From an uncultured Gemmatimonadales bacterium (GTDB taxonomy: Bacteria > Gemmatimonadota > Gemmatimonadetes > Longimicrobiales > Longimicrobiaceae), in NCBI GenBank assembly GCA_963716255.1, contig OY970303.1, positions 7,232,001-7,296,000 on the forward strand: DNA of 64,000 nt, written 5' to 3'. Position 1 is the first letter of the stretch. Every line of letters starts with the position of its first letter. The position numbers and the translations under genes were made by a program. Below the pieces are notes generated by a model, which worked only from the letters and a program-made list of their open reading frames with translations, did not search any database and was not told the origin of the DNA. Shown piece after piece: positions 32,601 to 44,600 of the stretch.

Positions 32601-35600
32601 GCCTCGCCGGCTGGTTCGCCGCGGAGCTGCGGGAGCTGGTCGCGCACTGCCGCGGCGCGGAGGCGGGCGGCTACACGCCGAGCGACTTCCCGCTCGCCGG
32701 GCTGGGGCAGGCGGCGCTGGACGGGCTGCTGGGGAGCGAGCGCGGGGTGGAGGACGTGTACCCGCTCACGCCCATGCAGGAGGGGATGCTCTTCCACACG
32801 CTGGACGAGCAGGGGGAGGGCACCTACGTGGGGCAGATGGTGGTGAGCCTGCGCGGGTCGCTGGACGCGCCGGCCTTCGTGCGGGCCTGGCAGGGCGCGG
32901 TCGACCGGCACCCCGCGCTGCGGACGCGCTTCGCCTGGGACGGGCTGGAGCGCCCGCTCCAGGTGGTGGCGGGCCGCGCCGTGCCCGAGTTCGCGCAGCA
33001 CGACTGGCGGGACCGCGACGAGGCGGGGCGGCGCGCCGGGCTGGACGCGTACCTGGAGGAGGACCGGCGCAGGGGCGTGGACGTGACGCGCGCGCCGCTG
33101 ATGCGGCTGGCGCTCCTCCGCACGGGCGACGACCGCTGGGAGCTGGTGTGGACGCACCACCACCTGGTGCTCGACGGCTGGAGCCTGTCGCTGCTCTTCC
33201 GCGACGTGCTCGCCCTGTACGAGGGGCACGCCGGGGGACGCGCGGTGCAGCTGCGGAGCGTGCGCCCGCACCGCGACTACGTGGCGTGGCTGGCGGAGCA
33301 GGACCTCGCCCGGGCCGAGCAGGCGTGGCGCGAGGCGCTGGCGGGCTTCGCCGCGCCCACGCCGCTGCCGCTGGCGGACGGCGGGCAGGGAGAGGGTGGC
33401 CACCGCGAGGCCGGGCTGCGCCTGGGCGCGGAGCGGACGGCGCGCCTGCAGGCCTTCGCGCGGGCGGAGGGGCTGACGCTGAACACGCTGCTCCAGGCCG
33501 CGTGGGGGCTGCTGCTGGCGCGCTGGTCGGGCGAGGCGGACGTGGTCTTCGGGGCCACGGTCTCGGGGCGTCCGCCGCAGCTCGCCGGCGCGGAGGAGAT
33601 GGTGGGGCTGTTCATCAACACGCTGCCGGTGCGCGTGCGGGTGCGGCCGGAGGCCCCGGTGGGCGCGTGGCTGAGGGAGCTCCAGGGGCGGCAGGCGGCG
33701 CTGCGGGAGCACGAGCACACGCCGCTGGTGCAGCTGCACAGGTGGAGCGAGGTCCAGGCGGGACAGCCGCTCTTCGGGAGCATCGTCGCGTTCGCGAACT
33801 ACCCGTTCGACGCCACGCTGGCCGAGCGCGACAGCGGGTTCCGGGTGGAGTCGTCGCGGATCATCGAGCGCGACGACGTCCCCCTCTTCCTGGCGGCCGC
33901 GATGCAGGGCGACTCGCTGGAGCTGGAGCTGGCCCACCACCGCTCCGGCTTCCCGGCAGGGCGGCTGCTGGAGGAGCTCGGGGTGCTGCTGGACCAGCTC
34001 GCCGCGGACCCGCGTCGGCTGCTGGAGCGGGTGACGGGGCGGAGCGCGGACGAGCGGCTGCGTCTGCTGGCCGCCGGGCGCGGCCCCGCCGCGGAGTACC
34101 CGCGCGAGCGGAGCGTCCACGAGCTGATCTCGCTGCGCGCCGCGGCCACGCCGGACGCGCCCGCCGTGCTGGCCGGCGGCGTCCGCCTGGGCTTCGCCGA
34201 ACTGGAGGCGCGCGCCGACGGCCTGGCGGCCCGGCTGCGCTCGCTCGGCGTGGGGCCGGAGGCGCGCGTCGCGATCCTGCTCGACCGGTCCGCGGAGCTT
34301 GCCGTCGCGATCCTGGGCACGCTCCGGGCCGGCGGCGCCTACGTGCCGCTGGACCCGGCGTATCCCGCCGAGCGCCTGGCCTACCTGCTCGCCGACAGCG
34401 GCGCCCGCGTCGTGGTCACCCGCACGGCGCTGGCCGACCGCCTTCCCGCCACCGCGGCGGCGACGCTCCTCGTCGATGCCGGCGAAGTCCCAAAAGTCCA
34501 TGCCGCCCCGAGCGTCGTCGACCCCGAGAACGCGGCGTACGTCATCTACACCTCGGGCTCCACGGGCGCGCCCAAGGGCGTGATGGTCTCGCACCGCTCG
34601 CTGGTCTGCTACGCCGAGGCGGCGCGGGCGGAGCTGGGGCTGGGTGCGGGCGACCGCATCCTCCAGTTCGCCTCGCCCAGCTTCGACGTCATGGTGGAGG
34701 AGATCTTCCCCGCCTGGCTCGCCGGGGCGGCGGTGGTGTTCCCCGGGCAGGACCTGCTGGAATCTCCCGGGGCGCTGCTGGAGACCGTGGAGGCGCAGGG
34801 CGTCACCGGCTTCGAGCTGCCCACGGCGTTCTGGCACGAGTGGGTGCGGATGCTGGCGGAGGAGGGCCGGCGCCTGCCGGCGTCGCTGCGCTTCGTGATC
34901 GTGGGTGGCGAGCGCGTGCACCCGGAGCGCCTGGCGGAGTGGGCGCGGCTGGGGGTTCCGCTGGTGCACGTGTTCGGGCTGACGGAGACCACGGTGAGCT
35001 CGGCCATGCTGCGCCTGGAGGCGGGCGACGACGGGTCGCGGTGGAGCAATCTCCCGGTGGGGCGGCCGCTGGCCAACGCCGCGCTGTACGTGCTGGACGC
35101 CGCGATGCAGCCGGCGCCGGAATCTGCCGCCGGCGAGCTGTACCTGGGCGGCGACACGGTGGCGCGCGGCTACTCGGGCCGGCCCGCGCTGACGGCCGAG
35201 CGATTCGTCCCCGACCCGTTCGCGGACGAGCCCGGGAAGCGCATGTACCGCACGGGGGACCGGGTGCGCTGGCTGGCGGAGGGCGGGCTGGAGTTCCTGG
35301 GGCGGATCGACCAGCAGCTCAAGATCCGCGGATTCCGCATCGAGCCGGGGGAGATCGAGGCGGCGCTGGTGCAGCACCCCGCCGTGCGGGAGGCGGTGGT
35401 CATCGGGCGCGAGGAAGCGCAGGGGCGCAGGCAGCAGCTGGTGGCGTACGTGGTCCCCGCACAGGGCGGGAGCGAGCTCCCGGTCGCGGCGGACGAGCTG
35501 CGGGCACACCTGGCGGCGCGGCTCCCGGAGTACATGGTGCCGGGCGCGTTCGTGGCGATGGAGAGCGTTCCTCTTACCGCAAACGGCAAGATCGACCGTC

Positions 35601-37687
35601 GCGCCCTCCCCGCGCCGGAGGCAGGTGCGTCCGAGGCGTCCGCGGGCTACGTGGCGCCGGCGAGCGAGGTGGAGCGGACGCTGTGCGCGATTCTCGCCGA
35701 GGTGCTGCGCGTGGAGCGGGTGGGCGTGCACGACGACTACTTCGAGCTGGGCGGCGACAGCATCGTGGCCATCCAGATCGTCTCTCGCGCGCGGCGGGCC
35801 GGGCTGTGGCTGCGTCCGCGGCAGCTCTTCCAGCACCCGACGGTGGCGCGGCTCGCCCCCGAGGTGAGCGCGGCCGGGACCGTGGAGCAGGGGGCCGAGC
35901 AGGGGCAGGTCACGGGCGAGGTGGAGCTGACGCCGGTGCAGCGGTGGTTCTTCGAGCAGGAGATCCCGGAGCGCGACCGCTGGAACATGCCGCTGCTGCT
36001 GGATCTGCGGCGGCCGCTGGGGGCGGAGCTGCTCGCGGCGGCGCTGGAGCGGATCGTCGCCCATCACGACGCGCTGCGCTTCCGCTACGCGCGCGCCGCC
36101 GATGGCGCGTGGGTGCAGACGTGCGCGCCTGCGGACGGGCCGGTGCCGGTGGAGACGGTGGACCTCGCCGGGCTGCCGGCGGACGAGGCCGCGGCGCTTG
36201 CCGGGCGGCGCTCGGCGGAGGCGCAGGCGGGGCTGGACCTGGAGCACGGGCCGCTGCTGCGCGCGCTGCTGCTGGAGGGCGGCGCGGACGCCCCGTCGCG
36301 GCTGCTGCTGGCGGTGCACCACCTGGTTGTGGACGGCGTGTCGTGGCGCATCCTGCTGGAGGACCTGCAGACGGCCGTCGAGCAGCTGAGCCGGGGCGAA
36401 GCCGCAACCCTGCCGGCGAAGACGACGTCGTTCCAGCGGTGGGCGCGGCGGCTGGCGGAGCACACGGCGCGCGGCGGCTTCGACGCGGAGCTGGACTTCT
36501 GGCTGGACGAGCCGCGGCGGATGGTGCGGCCGCTGCCGGTGGACTCGCCCGCCGGCCGGTCCCACAACACCGTGGGCGCGTCGCGGACGCTTTCCGTCGC
36601 GCTGGACGCCGCGGAAACGCGGGCGCTGCTGACGGAGGTCCCGGCCGCGTACCGGACGCAGGTGGGCGACGTGCTGCTGTGCGCGCTGGCGCGCGCCTTC
36701 GCGGGGTGGACGGGGGAGACGCGGCTGCTGGTGGAGCTGGAGGGGCACGGGCGAGAGGAGCTGTTCGAGGACGTGGACCTGTCGCGCACCGTGGGGTGGT
36801 TCACCACCGTGTACCCGGTGCTGCTGGAGCTGCGCGGGGCGGAAGGCGAGGGCGCGTCGCTGAAACGGGTCAAGGAGCAGCTGCGTGAGGTGCCGGGGCA
36901 GGGGATCGGGTACGGGGCGCTTCGCTGGCTGAGCCCGGACGCGGCCACGCGCGGGCGGCTGGCGGAGCTGCCGCGCGCCGAGGTGAGCTTCAACCACCTG
37001 GGGCAGGCCGACGCCGGCCAGGCGGACGACGGGCTCTTCGGCCTGGCGGCGGAGCAGGGCGCGGGAGGGACGAGCCCGGACGCGCCGCGGCAGCACCTGC
37101 TGGAGGTGAACAGCATCGTGCAGGGCGGGCGGCTCCGGGTGGACTGGAGCTACGGCGAAGCCATCCACCGGCGGGCGACGGTGGAGGCGCTGGCCGGGCG
37201 CTACCTGGCCGAGCTGCGGGGGCTGGTGGCGCACTGCGTGTCCGCGGATGCGGGGGGAGCACGCCCAGCGACTTCCCGCTGGCGGGGCTCTCGCAGGAGG
37301 AGCTGGACCGGCTGCCGGGGAGCGGCCGGGAGGTGGAGGACGTGTACCCGCTCGCGCCGCTCCAGGAGGGGCTGCTCTTCCACGTCCTGTACTCGCGCGA
37401 GGAGGGGTTCTACCTCGCGCAGAGCACCTTCGACCTCCAGGGCGAGCTGGACGGGGAAGCGATGCGGCGGGCGTGGGACGCCACGCTGGCGCGGCACCCG
37501 GCACTGCGCGCGAGCTTCCTGTGGCGGGACCGGGTCCGGCCGCTGCAGGTCGTCCACCGGCAGGTCCGCGTCCCCTTCGTGCAGGAGGACTGGCGCGCCC
37601 TCCCCGAGGACGAGCAGGGGGCGGCGCTGGAGGGCTACCTGCGGGAGGACCGGGAGCGCGGCTTCGACCTGGAAGCGGCTCCGCTGA
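12641..37687 (+). CDS. Giant lipopeptide NRPS, 5' part: FAAL-ACP-[C-A-T]-[C-A-T-E]-[C-A(MT)-T-E]-[C-A-T-E]-[C-A-T-E]. Frameshifted at ~37255; the last ~140 aa are out-of-frame read-through.
   Basis: FAAL motifs ([37 protein letters not shown]), ACP GMDSL, A-domain YTSGSTG/GEL/YRTGD motifs, T domains GGHSL or GGDSI, E domains [10 protein letters not shown]...EGHGRE...TPSDF. Confidence 0.95.
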   Translation: MLNPHDASSLVELLRLRAGADPDRIAYTFLLNGEAEEGHVTYGQLDLRARAVAARLQALGARGERALLLYPPGLEYIAALFGCFYAGVTAVPAYPPRPNKADPRLRSIVADCQPTLALATRELLGEAERLFAHTPELGGLRWLATEDVPAAEADSWAEPEVGGETLAFLQYTSGSTAAPKGVMVSHGNLLHNFAVIEGFCGYTPETRSVIWLPPYHDMGLIGGILQPLFTGYWAALFSPVAFIQRPARWLEAISRYRATSSGGPNFAYDLCVHSMRPEERAGLDLSHWEIAFNGAEPVRAETLRAFGEAFAPSGFRERAFFACYGLAEATLMVTGSQPSEPPVVRAVDAGALGEGTVREAEPEGRYRLVGSGRSAPSQRVIIVDPATLRESPSDRVGEVWVAGASVASGYWARPEATAETFGAYEAGTGEGPFLRTGDLGFLDGGELFITGRLKDLIVIRGRNHYPQDVEQTANRSHAGLRAGSGAAFSIEEGGEERLVVVQEVSRQAAAGLDVEEVGEAIRRAVAGEHGVQVHAVAVVRPGGIPKTSSGKVQRRSCRAKFLAGELPLVGVSFREDRRSAAPRPAAAGITRESLEAAEAGERQLLLEALLVERAAQVLGVDPARVDREQPLVALGMDSLRAMELKGALEASLGAVVPIAALLDDTRIDRLAADLLEEIFAAPAGASVAVAGGEAPLSFAQERLWFLDRLQPGSAAYNLAVALRVRGIVDAAVLRRSLEATTRRHDALRTVFAEAGGRPVQRVAAAGAVPLPAVDLSLLRPEERAAAARRVSAEVARAPFDLEAGPLFRARLLRLAGDEHLLVLATHHIVSDGWSAGVLLREVGTHYTALLAGKYSPLPPLPTQYADWALGQRGRLRGEVAGEQLAYWRERLRGVAPLALPTDHARPPVQSFRGATHRFAIPAEVMDGVRALALRERATLFMALLAAWDLLLARYSGEGDVAVGTTVASRDRAEVAGLVGMFVNTLVLRVEVVPEESFRTLLGRARTAVLQAFMRQDVPFERLVEEVHPGRDLSRNPLFQVMLAPQSESLEPVEVPGATLVPEPVDAGTAILDLTLYTWERSGGGLSAALEYAADLFEAGTIERMAAHLVEVLRAVAADPDLAAAEVPLLLPAERAWLLEEWTATERAYPERCLHELFAEQAVRTPEAPAVRFGGRTVTYAELERSANRLAWHLQALGAGPEARVGLCMERTPEMVAAMLGILKAGGAYVPLDPAYPADRLAYMLADAGADLVVSQAQLAGRLPEGVARVLPDAEAERIAEQPDTAPPGEARPENLAYVLYTSGSTGRPKGVQVEHRSASQIVHFLRDVVRAEDRAAVLGSTSVSFDVSVGEIFGTICWGGTLVLVESVLDLPRVADEDVRLVVTVPSAAAELLRTGGIPASVRAFNLAGEALPAWLARDLYARPETERVLNLYGPTEDTVYSTWSVVERGAERVRIGRPVANSRAYVLDPVGSPAPVGIAGELCLGGAGTARGYHGRPELTAERFVPDSFAAEPGARMYRTGDRARWLAGGELEYLGRIDQQVKVRGFRIEPGEIEAVLRAHPAVGEAVVAARAEGSDGVRLVAYHLAAEGAARPEAAELRAWLRERLPEYMVPSAFVALETLPLTPSGKLDRRALPEPAAEAAASPESAAPSTPAEEILAGIWSAVLGVEPVGLHDDFFALGGHSLLATRVASRVRQAFGMELPLRALFEAPTVARLAARIAALRSEGAVAAPPIGRASREAALPLSFGQQRLWVVDRLDPGSAAYNMAGALRLRGALDAAALRAGLGELARRHETLRTTFAERGGVPVQVIHPAAPVPLPVLDLRALPAGTREAEAERLAGAEALRPFDLARGPLLRCALLRLAGDDHVLCLTLHHAVGDGWSVDVLAGDLSALYAAFSRGAEPSLPGLPIQYADFAVWQREWLRGGVLEAQTGYWRARLAGAPPLLELPTDRPRAAGQSPRARSHRFTVPAGVSLGLRQLARQEGATLFMTLLAAWQTLLGRYAGQDDVVVGSPVAGRTRVETEGLIGFFVNVLALRADLSGDATWRELLGRTRETALGAYAHQDLPFERLVDELEVERSLVHTPLFQVVFALQRPGGLAGRLSLDGVEPEPFGGEAGVVRFDMSLTVDDDAEALAGTLLYRAALFDAETAARMTAHLATLLEAMAADPGARLREVPLLRGAEREQVLEAWNATAADRPRACLHTLFAEQAARTPDAPAVVFGEDALTYAGLERRANQLAHALRRRGVEPEVRVGLCLERGVDQVVAVLAAWKAGGAYVPLDPAVPARRQEALLAASRAPVLVTQAHLAGRFGAYAGAVLRLDADRGEIERESAAAPESGAVPSNLAYVIYTSGSTGTPRGVLVQHASVVNLAAALGEAVYSRRGGGAAPRVSVNGPLTFDTSVKQLVQLLGGATLCIVPEEVRLDARQLGAYLRRHAVEVLDCTPAQLRQLLADGLLDEAGPALTDLLVAGEAMDAGLWEALGAMPGRRAWNLYGPTECTVDASLRRVAGARPTIGRAVANARLYVLDADGEPVPAGVVGELYVGGAGVARGYQGHPDLTAERFLPDAFGARPGGRLYRTGDRVRWTGAGELEYVGRTDHQVKVRGFRVEPGEIEAVLAGLPGVREAVVVVREDPAFGMPGQKRLVAYVVSEPGAAVSGAELREQLSARLPEHMVPGAFVALASIPLTPNGKTDRAALPAPERTHGGDAHVAPRTEAERVLCEVWAGLLGVERVGVEDNFFELGGDSILAIQVVSRARQRGLRLAPRQLFEHPTVARLAGVAEAAAAGDVAAPQGAVTGEVPLTPIQRRFFAQEHPARHHYNQALLLAPRETLDPALLARAAGALEAHHDALRLRFRREADGRWTQSHADAARHLPLAVLDLSGVPEKAWRSALEAAAEQVQRSLELSRGPLLRAALFERGAGEPQRLLLVVHHLVVDGVSWRVLLEDLESAYAQLARGESVKLPAKTTSWKAWAELLAEHAGSQALADEAAYWAGEAEKATAPLPLDDPTGEDTVARSGSVAVSLSAEETGALLREVPQAYRTQVDDVLLAALAAALGRWTGEARVRIDLEGHGREEDAVGGVDLSRTVGWFTTLYPVVLELPRGGGPGAALKAVKEQLRAVPRRGIGYGLLRYAGAGGAGAELARAPRAEVAFNYLGQLDAAVSGESFFALAEEPAGATADGRTPRAHRVLVTGAVREGRLEVELGYAGGVHRRETIERLAGWFAAELRELIAHCRGAEAGGYTPGDFPLAALDQAALDALLGSERGVEDVYPLTPMQEGMLFHTLDEQGQGTYVGQMVLTLRGAPEAPVFLRAWQAAMQRHPALRTRFAWDGLERPLQVVAGRAAPALVQRDWRDRDEARQRAGLEAYLEEDRRGGVDVRRAPLMRLALFRTGDDRWELVWTHHHLVLDGWSLPLFFRDVLDLYEGYAQGRQVQLAGAHPHRDYVAWLAGQDVARAEQAWREALAGFAAPTPLPLDGAAPRPGDAAAGPGGHGEARLRLDAERTARLQAFARAEGLTLNTLLQGAWGMLLARRSGEADVVFGATVSGRPPRLAGAEEMVGLFINTLPVRVRVRPEAPVGEWLREIQGRQAALREHEHTPLVQLRKWSEVPAGKPLFESAFSFSNYPVDAALTQRDVGFRVESARVIERDDIPLFLSAAVQGDGVDVQLVHQFLRVAPAAAGRLLEELGVLLDQLATDPRLPLERVTGLTADERLRLLATGRGPAAEYPRDRSVHELISLRAAATPDAPAVLAGGVRLGFAELEARADVVAARLRSLGVGPEVRVAILLDRSAELAVAILGTLRAGGAYVPLDPAYPAERLAYLLTDSGARVVVTRTSLAATMPSTSAHTLLVDADESGSAPLPVESVVDPENAAYVIYTSGSTGAPKGVMVSHRSLVCYAEAARAELGLGAGDRFLQFASPSFDVMVEEIFPAWLAGAAVVFPGQDLLESPGALLEIVEAQGVTGFELPTAFWHEWVRMLAEEGRRLPASLRFVIVGGERVHPERLAEWARLEVPLVHVFGLTETTVSSAMLRLEAGDDGSRWSNLPVGRPLANAALYVLDAAMQPAPEGAPGELYLGGDTVARGYSGRPALTAERFVPDPFGGSGGRLYRTGDRVRWLAEGGLEFLGRIDQQLKIRGFRIEPGEIEAALAEHPAVREAVVVAREEAPGRKQLVAYVVPAAGYAAGPAGLHRAPVEFWPSHGEAGFYDDLLYKAMADDRRRNQAYLEALRSVAPGKVVVDVGTGAEAVLARLAVQAGARKVYAVETKEESYRRARELIARLGLEDRIELVRGNAVDVDLPEPADVCVSELIGCIGGLEGAVAILNTAWRWLKPDAVQVPRRCVTRIAAVELPEEVHRAPALGEMAAHYAEKIFEAQGHRQDVKLCVRNVAREHLLSGDDLFEDLTFTGPMEPEYGGPIELRITRDGRLDGFLLWIQLWMGETLGVDSLEHDCSWLPMIFPAFYPGVSVREGDVLRAEVSVRLAENRVNPEYHIRGVLRRAAGGEEPFDYESRWRTPPEEPNELHRRLFLGPEIPIRHPDDDPSAQVSAAELRAHLAGRLPEYMVPGAFVTLERLPLTPNGKVDRRSLVQREASGPAAAASYAAPESEVERTLCAILAEALRVERVGVHDNFFELGGDSIVAIQIVSRARRAGLWLRPRQLFQHPTVARLAPEVSAAESAGVQTDQGAVTGEVELTPVQRWFFAEEIPERDRWNMPLLLELRRPLEAARLEASLERVVAHHDALRFRYARAADGAWVQTCALLDAPVALEQVDLSWVPAEELKERMRRRSAAAQASLDLEHGPLLRAVLLEPGGGRASRLLLVVHHLVVDGVSWRILLEDLQTAVEMLSRGEAVTLPAKTTSFQRWAQRLAEHTARGGFDAELEFWLDEPRRMLRPLPVDSPGGRSHNTVGGSRTVSVSLDMDETRALLTEAPAAYRTQVGDVLLCALARAFAGWTGETRLLVELEGHGREELFEDVDLSRTVGWFTTVYPVLLDVGGAADEGASLKRVKEQLREVPGQGIGYGALRWLSPDAATRGRLAEQPRAEVSFNHLGQADAALADDGLFGLAAEQGEDAIGPDAPRQHLLEVSSIVHGGRLRVDWRFGEAIHRRATVEALAGRYLAELRGLVAHCVSADAGGSTPSDFPLAGLSQEELDRLPGSGREVEDVYPLAPLQEGLLFHVLYAPGEGLYVAQYGMELEGGLDGEAMRRAWDATLARHPALRASFLWRDLSRPLQLVRRQVRVPFVQEDWRVLPEDGQRAALEGYLREDRARGFDLEAAPLMRVALFRTGEDRYRMVWSFLQAVLDGWSLPLVFRDLRAAYESLAAGGTPALGTAPRHRDYVAWVERQDPSRTEAFWRGVLAGFDTPTPLPLDRATSAPGPERREQTGIELTAEATRALHAFARARGLTPGTLVQGAWALLLARYAGADDVVFGVTVSGRPAELAGVEEMVGVFINTLPARVRPGSDARVDEWLGALQEDAAALREHEYVSLSQVQKWSAVPAGQELFASNYVFENYPVDEAVAAGIGGAAVRGMTAMEQGSYPLTLVAAPGARLSLRLHHDPARLDAAGAGRLLAQLGAVLDAFVAHPERRVSGVSLLRGDEWAPLLESSRAARAYPAACVHERFARQAERTPHAPAVTSGGETLTYAELDHAANRLARHLRRRGVGPEVRVAVCAERSAELVVALLAVLRAGGAYVPVDPAYPAERIAYLLEDSGCAAVLVQEGLRPLLGDPSMEVIALEGALADTGGSDAAPEVRVDPENAAYVIYTSGSTGRPKGVVVTHASVTRLFAATEAWFGFGEQDVWTLFHSYAFDFSVWEMWGALLYGGRLVVVPWQTSRDPEAFYGLLARERVTVLSQTPSAFRQLAGVEETRAASPELALRVVVFGGEALEPRALRGWMERHGEATPRLVNMYGITETTVHVTYRPVRWADVEAGEGSPVGVAIPDLAVWVLDPWGNPLPAGVPGEMYVGGAGVARGYLGRPELTAERFVPDAFGGEAGARLYRSGDRARRLASGELEYLGRGDAQVKVRGFRIEPGEIEAELAGLPGVREAVVTVREDPAFGTPGQKRLVAYVVPEPGAGLAVAELREALSGRLPEHMVPAAFVVLGSIPLTPNGKTDRRALPAPELADAGAGFVAPRTEVEAVLAAVWAEVLGVERVGVEDGFFELGGDSILSIQVVSRARQRGLRITPRQLFERPTVARLAEVVEPEIPDSAAAAQGPVAGEAPLTPIQRRFFEQDRPARHHYNQALLLVPRERLEPALLARAAGALNAHHDALRLRFRREADGAWTQSHADAARHLPLAVLDLSGIPETARRGAMEAAAEQVQRSLELSRGPLLRAALFDPGAGQSQRLLIVVHHLVVDGVSWRVLLEDLESAYAQLARGEAVRLPAKTTSWKAWAERLAEHAGSQALADEAAYWAGEAEKATAALPVDDAAAEDTSARSRTVAVSLSAEETGALLREVPQAYRTQVDDVLLAALAAALGRWTGEARVRIDLEGHGREEDAVGGVDLSRTVGWFTTLYPVVLELPRGGGPGAALKAVKEQLRAVPRRGIGYGLLRYAGAGGAGAELARAPRAEVAFNYLGQLDAAVSADTFFAFAEESAGSPADGRGPRGHRLELNAAVREGRLEVELGYAEGVHRRDTIERLAGWFAAELRELVAHCRGAEAGGYTPSDFPLAGLGQAALDGLLGSERGVEDVYPLTPMQEGMLFHTLDEQGEGTYVGQMVVSLRGSLDAPAFVRAWQGAVDRHPALRTRFAWDGLERPLQVVAGRAVPEFAQHDWRDRDEAGRRAGLDAYLEEDRRRGVDVTRAPLMRLALLRTGDDRWELVWTHHHLVLDGWSLSLLFRDVLALYEGHAGGRAVQLRSVRPHRDYVAWLAEQDLARAEQAWREALAGFAAPTPLPLADGGQGEGGHREAGLRLGAERTARLQAFARAEGLTLNTLLQAAWGLLLARWSGEADVVFGATVSGRPPQLAGAEEMVGLFINTLPVRVRVRPEAPVGAWLRELQGRQAALREHEHTPLVQLHRWSEVQAGQPLFGSIVAFANYPFDATLAERDSGFRVESSRIIERDDVPLFLAAAMQGDSLELELAHHRSGFPAGRLLEELGVLLDQLAADPRRLLERVTGRSADERLRLLAAGRGPAAEYPRERSVHELISLRAAATPDAPAVLAGGVRLGFAELEARADGLAARLRSLGVGPEARVAILLDRSAELAVAILGTLRAGGAYVPLDPAYPAERLAYLLADSGARVVVTRTALADRLPATAAATLLVDAGEVPKVHAAPSVVDPENAAYVIYTSGSTGAPKGVMVSHRSLVCYAEAARAELGLGAGDRILQFASPSFDVMVEEIFPAWLAGAAVVFPGQDLLESPGALLETVEAQGVTGFELPTAFWHEWVRMLAEEGRRLPASLRFVIVGGERVHPERLAEWARLGVPLVHVFGLTETTVSSAMLRLEAGDDGSRWSNLPVGRPLANAALYVLDAAMQPAPESAAGELYLGGDTVARGYSGRPALTAERFVPDPFADEPGKRMYRTGDRVRWLAEGGLEFLGRIDQQLKIRGFRIEPGEIEAALVQHPAVREAVVIGREEAQGRRQQLVAYVVPAQGGSELPVAADELRAHLAARLPEYMVPGAFVAMESVPLTANGKIDRRALPAPEAGASEASAGYVAPASEVERTLCAILAEVLRVERVGVHDDYFELGGDSIVAIQIVSRARRAGLWLRPRQLFQHPTVARLAPEVSAAGTVEQGAEQGQVTGEVELTPVQRWFFEQEIPERDRWNMPLLLDLRRPLGAELLAAALERIVAHHDALRFRYARAADGAWVQTCAPADGPVPVETVDLAGLPADEAAALAGRRSAEAQAGLDLEHGPLLRALLLEGGADAPSRLLLAVHHLVVDGVSWRILLEDLQTAVEQLSRGEAATLPAKTTSFQRWARRLAEHTARGGFDAELDFWLDEPRRMVRPLPVDSPAGRSHNTVGASRTLSVALDAAETRALLTEVPAAYRTQVGDVLLCALARAFAGWTGETRLLVELEGHGREELFEDVDLSRTVGWFTTVYPVLLELRGAEGEGASLKRVKEQLREVPGQGIGYGALRWLSPDAATRGRLAELPRAEVSFNHLGQADAGQADDGLFGLAAEQGAGGTSPDAPRQHLLEVNSIVQGGRLRVDWSYGEAIHRRATVEALAGRYLAELRGLVAHCVSADAGGARPATSRWRGSRRRSWTGCRGAAGRWRTCTRSRRSRRGCSSTSCTRARRGSTSRRAPSTSRASWTGKRCGGRGTPRWRGTRHCARASCGGTGSGRCRSSTGRSASPSCRRTGAPSPRTSRGRRWRATCGRTGSAASTWKRLR
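20450..29420 (+). repeat. Internal duplication copy 1 (A C-subdomain-T-E-C-A(MT)-T-E-C)
   Basis: Long near-identical DNA stretches shared with 30740-38600, e.g. REDPAFG(M/T)[12 protein letters not shown] domains and the [13 protein letters not shown] domain. Confidence 0.85.
25201..26300 (+). other. SAM-dependent methyltransferase (PRMT-like fold) interrupting the module-3 A domain between core motifs A8 and A9
   Basis: About 365 aa between LVAYVVP and [16 protein letters not shown], absent from the near-identical module-5 A domain. Motifs [37 protein letters not shown] and CSWLPMIFP. Confidence 0.85.
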
Positions 37688-38600
37688 TGCGGGTGGCGCT
37701 CTTCCGGACCGGCGAGGACCGGTACCGGATGGTGTGGAGCTTCCTCCAGGCCGTGCTGGACGGGTGGAGCCTGCCGCTGGTCTTCCGCGACCTGCGCGCG
37801 GCCTACGAGGCGCTGGCCGCGGGGCGGACGCCCGCGTTGGGAACGGCGCCGCGCCACCGCGACTACGTCGCCTGGGTGGAGCGGCAGGACCCCTCGCGCA
37901 CCGAGGCGTTCTGGCGCGGGATGCTGGCCGGCTTCGACGAGCCCACCCCGCTGCCGCTGGAGCACGCCGCGCCGGGCGCCGGTCCGGAGCGCCGCGAGCA
38001 GGCGGACCTCCAGCTCACGGCCGGGGCCACGCGGGCGCTGCACGCCTTCGCACGGGCGCGCGGGCTGACGCCGGGCACCGTGGTGCAGGGCGCGTGGGCT
38101 CTTCTCCTCGCGCGCTACGCCGGGGCGGACGACGTGGTCTTCGGCGTCACCGTCTCCGGGCGGCCGGCGGAGCTGGCCGGCGTGGAGGAGATGGTGGGCG
38201 TGTTCATCAACACGCTCCCGGTGCGCGTCCGGCTGCCGGAGGAGGCGCCCGTGGACGCGTGGCTGGCCGCGCTGCAGGAGGACGCCGCCGCGGTGCGCGA
38301 GCACGAGAGCGTGCCGCTGACGCAGGTGCAGCGGTGGAGCGACGTCCCCGCCGGGCAGGAGCTCTTCGGGAGCATCTACGTCTACGAGAACTACCCGGTG
38401 GACGAGGCGCTGGCCGGGGGAATCGGGGGCGTCGAGGTGCGCGGGATGGCCGCCGTCGAGCGGGGCAACTACCCTCTCACCCTCGTCGTGCTCCCCGGCG
38501 CTTCGCTGAAGCTGCGCCTCAACTACGACCCGGACCGGCTCGATCCCGCCGCGGCCGGGCGCCTGCTGGGGCAGGTGGCCGCGGCCGTGGAGGCGATGGC
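30740..38600 (+). repeat. Internal duplication copy 2 (A C-subdomain-T-E-C-A-T-E-C, no MT)
   Basis: Offset to copy 1 is about 10.3 kb before the MT insertion and about 9.2 kb after it. Confidence 0.85.
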
Positions 38601-41600
38601 GGCGCGCCCGGGAGCCCGGCTGTCGCAGGTGTCGCTGCTGGGGGACGACGAGCGCACCCGGCTGCTGGAATCGTGGAACGACACCGGCGCCGGGTACGCC
38701 GGAGCGGAGTTCGTCCACGAGATGTTCGCGCGGCAGGCGGCTCGCGCGCCCCGGGCGGAGGCGCTGCGCTCCGGGGAGCGGACACTCACCTACGCCGCGC
38801 TGGAGCGGGATTCCAGCCGGCTGGCGCGGCACCTCCGCGCCCTGGGCGTGGGGCCGGAGTCGCGCGTGGGGATCTGCCTGGAGCGCGGGCCGGAAACGGT
38901 CGTCTCCGTGCTGGGCGTCCTCAAGGCCGGCGGCGCCTACGTCCCCCTGGACCCGTCGTACCCCGCCGACCGGCTGGCCTTCATGGTGGAGGACGCCGCC
39001 CTCGCCGTGCTGCTGACCCGCGAGGGGCTGCTGGAGCGCCTGCCGGAGCACGGCGCGCGCGTGGTGTGCCTGGACCGCGACGCGGCGGAGATCGCGCGGC
39101 GGGGCGATGCCGCCCCGGAGAGCGGCCTCCGGCCGGAAAACGTCGCGTACGTCATCTACACCTCCGGCTCCACCGGGCGTCCCAAGGGCGTGGAGGTGGT
39201 GCACCGGGGGCTGGGCAACTACCTGGCGTGGGCGGTCGAGGCGTACGCGGGGGAGGGCCACGGGGCGCCGGTCCACTCCTCCCTGTCCTTCGACCTGACG
39301 GTGACCTCGCTGCTGGTGCCGCTGCTGCGCGGCGAGCGGGTGGTGCTCACCGACGAGGCCGACGCGGTGGAGGGGCTGGCCAGGGCGCTGCGGGAGGAGC
39401 CCGGGTTCACGCTGGTCAAGCTGACCCCGGCGCACCTGGGGCTGCTCGCCGAGCAGCTGACCGAGGCCGAGGCGGCGGCCGCCGCGCGCACGCTGGTGGT
39501 GGGCGGCGAGGCGCTGCCGGCCGAGCTGGCGGCGTACTGGAGGCGCGTGGCGCCCGGCACCGTGGTGGTCAACGAGTACGGGCCCACGGAAACGGTGGTG
39601 GGGTGCATCGTGCACCGGGTGGAGAACGCGGCCGGCGGGGCGGGGAGCGTGCCCATCGGCAGGCCCATCGCCGGGACCCGGGCGTACGTGCTGGGACCGG
39701 GGATGCAGCCGGCGCCGCTGGGCGCGTCGGGCGAGCTGTACGTGGGCGGCGCCGGGGTGGCGCGCGGCTACCTGGGCCGGCCCGGGCTGACGGCGGAGCG
39801 CTTCGTCCCCGATCCCTTCGGGGCCGAGCCGGGCGCGCGCCTGTACCGCACCGGCGACCGCGTCCGCTGGCTGGCCTCGGGGGAGATGGAGTTCCTGGGG
39901 CGGACCGACTTCCAGCTCAAGGTCAGGGGCTTCCGCGTGGAGCCGGGGGAGATCGAGGCGGCGCTGCTGGAAGACCCCCGGGTGCGGGATGCGCTGGTGA
40001 CGCAGCGCGGGGACGCCACCGGGCAGCGGCAGCTGGTGGCGTACGTGGTCCCCGCGGAGGGCGGCGGCCCGTCCGCCGCGGAGCTGAGGGCCCGCCTCCA
40101 GGGCGTCCTCCCCGACCACATGGTGCCGGCCTGGTTCGCGGTGCTGGAGCGCATGCCGCTGAACGCCAACGGCAAGGTCGACCGGCACGCCCTCCCCGCG
40201 CCGGAGGCGGCGCCCCACGGGAGCGCGGCGCCGCGCACGGTCACGGAAGAGGTGCTGGCGGGGATCTGGGAGGACGTCCTGGGCGTGGAGCGCGTGGGGG
40301 CCGACGACAGCTTCTTCGAGCTGGGCGGGCACTCGCTCCTGGTGACGCGCATCGTTTCGCGGGTGCGGCAGGCGCTCGAGGTCGAGGTGCCGCTGAGGGC
40401 GATCTTCGACGCGCCCACCGTGTCCGGGCTGGCCCGGCGGATCGACGCCCTGCGGAGCGGCGGGAGCGAGGCGGCCCCGCCCGTCCGGCGGGTCCCGCGG
40501 GACGGGCCGCTCCCGCTCTCGTTCCAGCAGCAGCGGCTCTGGCTGATGGACCGCCTGGAGCCGGGCGCCGCCACCTACAACATGCCCTCCGCCCTGCGCC
40601 TGCGGGGCGAGCTGGACACCATTGCGCTCCGCGCCGCCCTGGGCGAGCTGGCGCGGCGCCACGAGGTGCTGCGCACCGTGTTCGCCGAGCGCGAGGGCGT
40701 GCCGGTGCAGGTGGTCCGGCCGGGCGGGGGGGCCATGCTCCCGGCGATCGACCTGCGGCGGCTCCCCGGGGCGGCGCCGGAGGCGGAGGCGCTGCGACTG
40801 GTCCACGAGGAGGCGGTGCGCCCGTTCGACCTGGAGCGGGGGCCGCTGCTGCGGACCGTCCTGCTGCGGCTGGGGGACGGCGACCACGTGCTGTGCGTCA
40901 CCCTGCACCACGCCGTGGGCGACGGGTGGAGCCTGGACGTGCTGGTGGGCGAGGTCGCCGCCCTGTACGGCGCCTTCAGCCGGGGCGAGCCCTCGCCGCT
41001 CCCCGGGCTTCCGGTGCAGTACGCCGACTACGCGGTGTGGCAGCGCGAGTGGCTGGGCGACGCCGAGCTCGACCGGCAGCTCGCCTACTGGAAGGAGCGT
41101 CTCGCCGGGGCCCCGCCCCTGCTGGAGCTGCCGACGGACCGGCCGCGCGGGGCGGGGCAGGGCGCCCACGCCGGGCGGCACGCCTTCGCCGTGGCGGCGG
41201 ACACGTCCCGCGGGCTGCGGGCGCTCGCTCGGCACGAGGGCACGACGCTGTTCATGACCGTGCTCGCGGCCTGGCAGGCGCTGCTGGGGCGGTACTCCGG
41301 CCAGGACGACGTGGTGGTGGGAACCCCCGTCGCCGGCCGCACGCAGCTGGAGACCGAGGGGCTCATCGGGCTGTTCGTCAACATGCTCGTCCTGCGGGCC
41401 GAGCTGGCGGGGGAGCCCACCTGGCGCGAGCTGCTGGCGCGGGTGCGGCACGACGCGCTGGGGGCGTTCTCGCACCAAGACCTCCCCTTCGAGCGCCTGG
41501 TGGACGCGCTGGTGACCGTCCGGAGCCTGACGCACGCGCCGCTCTTCCAGGCCGTGTTCGCGCTCCAGCGGTCCCGCCCGGCGGCGCCGCCGCTGGGGAA

Positions 41601-44600
41601 CGCCGCGGTTCAGCCGTTCGGCGTGGGGGCCGAGGGGCTGCCGGTGGACCTGGAGCTGATGCTGGAGGACGGGGAGGACGGGCTCGCCGGGGTGCTGCTG
41701 TACCGCGAAGCGCTCTTCGACCCCGCGACGATCGGGCGGCTGGCCGAAAGCCTGGGCGCCTGCCTGGAGGCGCTGGCGGCCGATCCCTCGCGCCGCTTCA
41801 CCGAGGTGTCGCTGCTGCGCGGGACCGAGCGCGTGCAGGTGCTGGAAGCGTGGAACGCGACCGCGGCCGCCTTCCCGCCGGCGCTGGCGCACGACGTCTT
41901 CGCCGCGCAGGCCGCGCTCACCCCGCACGTCCCCGCCGTCACCCGCGGCGACCGGGTGCTCACGTACGCCGAGCTGGACCGCCTTTCCGACCGGCTCGCG
42001 CGGCACCTCCGGCGCCGGGGCGTGGGCCCCGAGGTGCGGGTGGGGCTGTGCCTGGAGCGCGACGTGGAGCTCGTCGTGGGCGTGCTCGGCGTGCTCAAGG
42101 CCGGCGGCGTCTACGTCCCGCTGGACCCCACCCTCCCGGCCGGGCGGCTGGCCTACATGCTGGCCGATGCGGACGCGGCCGTGCTGGTCTCGCAGGCCGG
42201 GCTCCCGGAGCGGCTCCCGGCCTATGCCGGCGAGGTGGTGTGCCTGGACCGGGACGCGGCGGCGATCGCCGCGGAGCCCGCCGGGCCGCCCCCCTCCGGC
42301 GTCCACGCCCGCAGCGCCGCCTACGTCATCTACACCTCCGGGTCCACCGGCGCGCCCAAGGGCGTGGTCGTGGAGCACGGCAGCCTGCTGAACTTCGCCG
42401 CGGCCATGCGGCGCGACTTCCCCTACCGCGAGGGCGAGGTGGTGCTGGGGGTGGTGAGCTTCGCCTTCGACATCTGGATCTTCGAGGGGCTGGTGCCCCT
42501 GCTGGCCGGCGCGACGGTGCGGCTCCTCCCGCTGGACCGGGTGCGCGACGCGGGGGTGCTGGTGGAGGAGCTGCGCACGGCGGGGCGGATCGCCGCGGTG
42601 CCGGCGCTGTACCGGCAGGTGGTGCTGGCGGCGCGGCAGCTGGAGCCCGGCGCCCTTGCCGGCGTGCGCTACATCTTCGCCGGGGGCGAGGCCGTCGCGC
42701 CGGAGCTGTCGGCCGAGCTGCGGGAGGTGTTCCCGGGCGCGCGGCTGTTCGTGGGGTACGGCCCCACCGAGGCCACCGTGCTCGCGACCCTGTACGCCGT
42801 CCCCGAGGGCGTGGAGGGGGGCGCACCCCCGATCGGCAATCCGCTTCCCAACGTGAGGACCTACGTGCTGGACGCCCGGGGCGACGCGCTCCCGACCGGC
42901 GTGCCCGGGGAACTGTACCTGGGCGGCGCCGGGGTGGCGCGCGGGTACCTGGGCCGCCCGGATCTCACCGCCGGCCGCTTCGTCCCCGACCCCTTCGCCG
43001 GGGCATCGGGCTCGCGCCTGTACGGCACGGGCGACCGGGTGAGGTGGCGCGCGGACGGGGCCCTGGAGTTCCTGGGCCGCTTCGACGCACAGGTCAAGAT
43101 CCGCGGCTTCCGCGTGGAGCTGGGCGAGGTCGAGGCGGCGCTCGCCGCGCACCCGCGGGTGCACGAGATGGTGGCCGTGGTGCGCGAGGACGTACCGGGG
43201 CAGAGGATCCTCGTGGCCTACGTGGTCCCCCAGGAGGGGGCGGAGCCGTCCGTGGCCGAGCTGCGGGAAAGCCTGGGCGAACAGCTCCCGGACTACATGG
43301 TGCCGGGCGCCTTCGTGGTGCTGGAGCGGCTGCCGCTGGACGCCGGCGGCAAGGTCGACCGGCGCGCGCTGCCGGCGCCTGACCTGGGCTCGGAGGACGG
43401 GTACGTGGCGCCGCGCACGGCGGCGGAGGAGGTCCTGGCGGCGATCTGGGCGGACGTGCTGGAGCTGGAGCCGGAGCGGGTGGGGGTGGAGAAGAGCTTC
43501 TTCGACATGGGCGGGCACTCCCTGCTGGCCACCCGCGTGGCCTCGCGGATCCGGGACGCGTTCGGCGTCGCGGTGCCGCTGAGGACGCTGTTCGAGGCGA
43601 CCACCGTGGCCGCCCTCGCCGGTCGCGTGGAGGCGCTGCAGCGGGCCGGGACCCCGGCCCCGCCGCCCGTCGCGCGGCTCGCCGGCGGGCGCGAGGGGCC
43701 GCTGCCGGTGTCGTTCGCGCAGCAGCGGCTGTGGGTGGTGGACCGCCTGGACCCGGGGAGCCCCGCCTACAACATGGCCCACGCGCTGCGCGTGCGCGGC
43801 CCGCTGGACGCCGCCGCGCTGCGGGCGGCCATCGGCGAGCTGACGAGGCGGCACGAGGCGCTGCGGACCACGCTGGAGGAACGCGGCGGCGTCCCCGTGC
43901 AGGTCGTCCACCCGCCCGCGCCCGCCGCCCTCCCCGCGGTGGAGCTGCGCGCCCTGCCGGAGGCGGAGCGCGAGCGCGAGGCCCTGCGGCTGGCGGACGC
44001 CGAGGCGATGCGTCCGTTCGACCTGGCGCGCGGGCCGCTGCTGCGGAGCACCCTGCTGCGCCTTGACGGCGCCGACCACGTGCTGCTGTTCACGCTGCAC
44101 CACGTGGTCAGCGACGGGTGGAGCATGCAGGTTCTGGTGGGGGAGGTGGCCGCCCTGTACGCCGCCTTCGCCCGCGGCGTATCGTCGCCGCTGGCGCCGC
44201 TGCCGGTGCAGTACGCCGACTTCGCCGCCTGGCAGCGCGCCTGGCTGAGCGGGGAGACGCTGGACGAGCAGATCGGCTTCTGGCGGGAGCGGCTGGCCGG
44301 CGCCCCCCCGCTGCTGGAGATCCCCACCGACCGCCCGCGCGCCGCGGGACAGAGCCCGCGCGCGGCCCGGCACGCCTTCGCCCTCCCGGCGGAGCTGTCG
44401 CGCCGGCTGCGGGCGCTGTCGCGGGCCGAGGGGACCACGCTGTTCATGACGCTGCTCGCCGCCTGGCAGGCGCTGCTGGGCCGCTACGCGGGCCAGGACG
44501 ACGTGGTGGTGGGCACCCCCATCGCGGGGCGCACCCGCAGGGAGACGGAGGGACTGATCGGCTTCTTCGTCAACATGCTTGCCCTGCGCGCCGACCTGGG

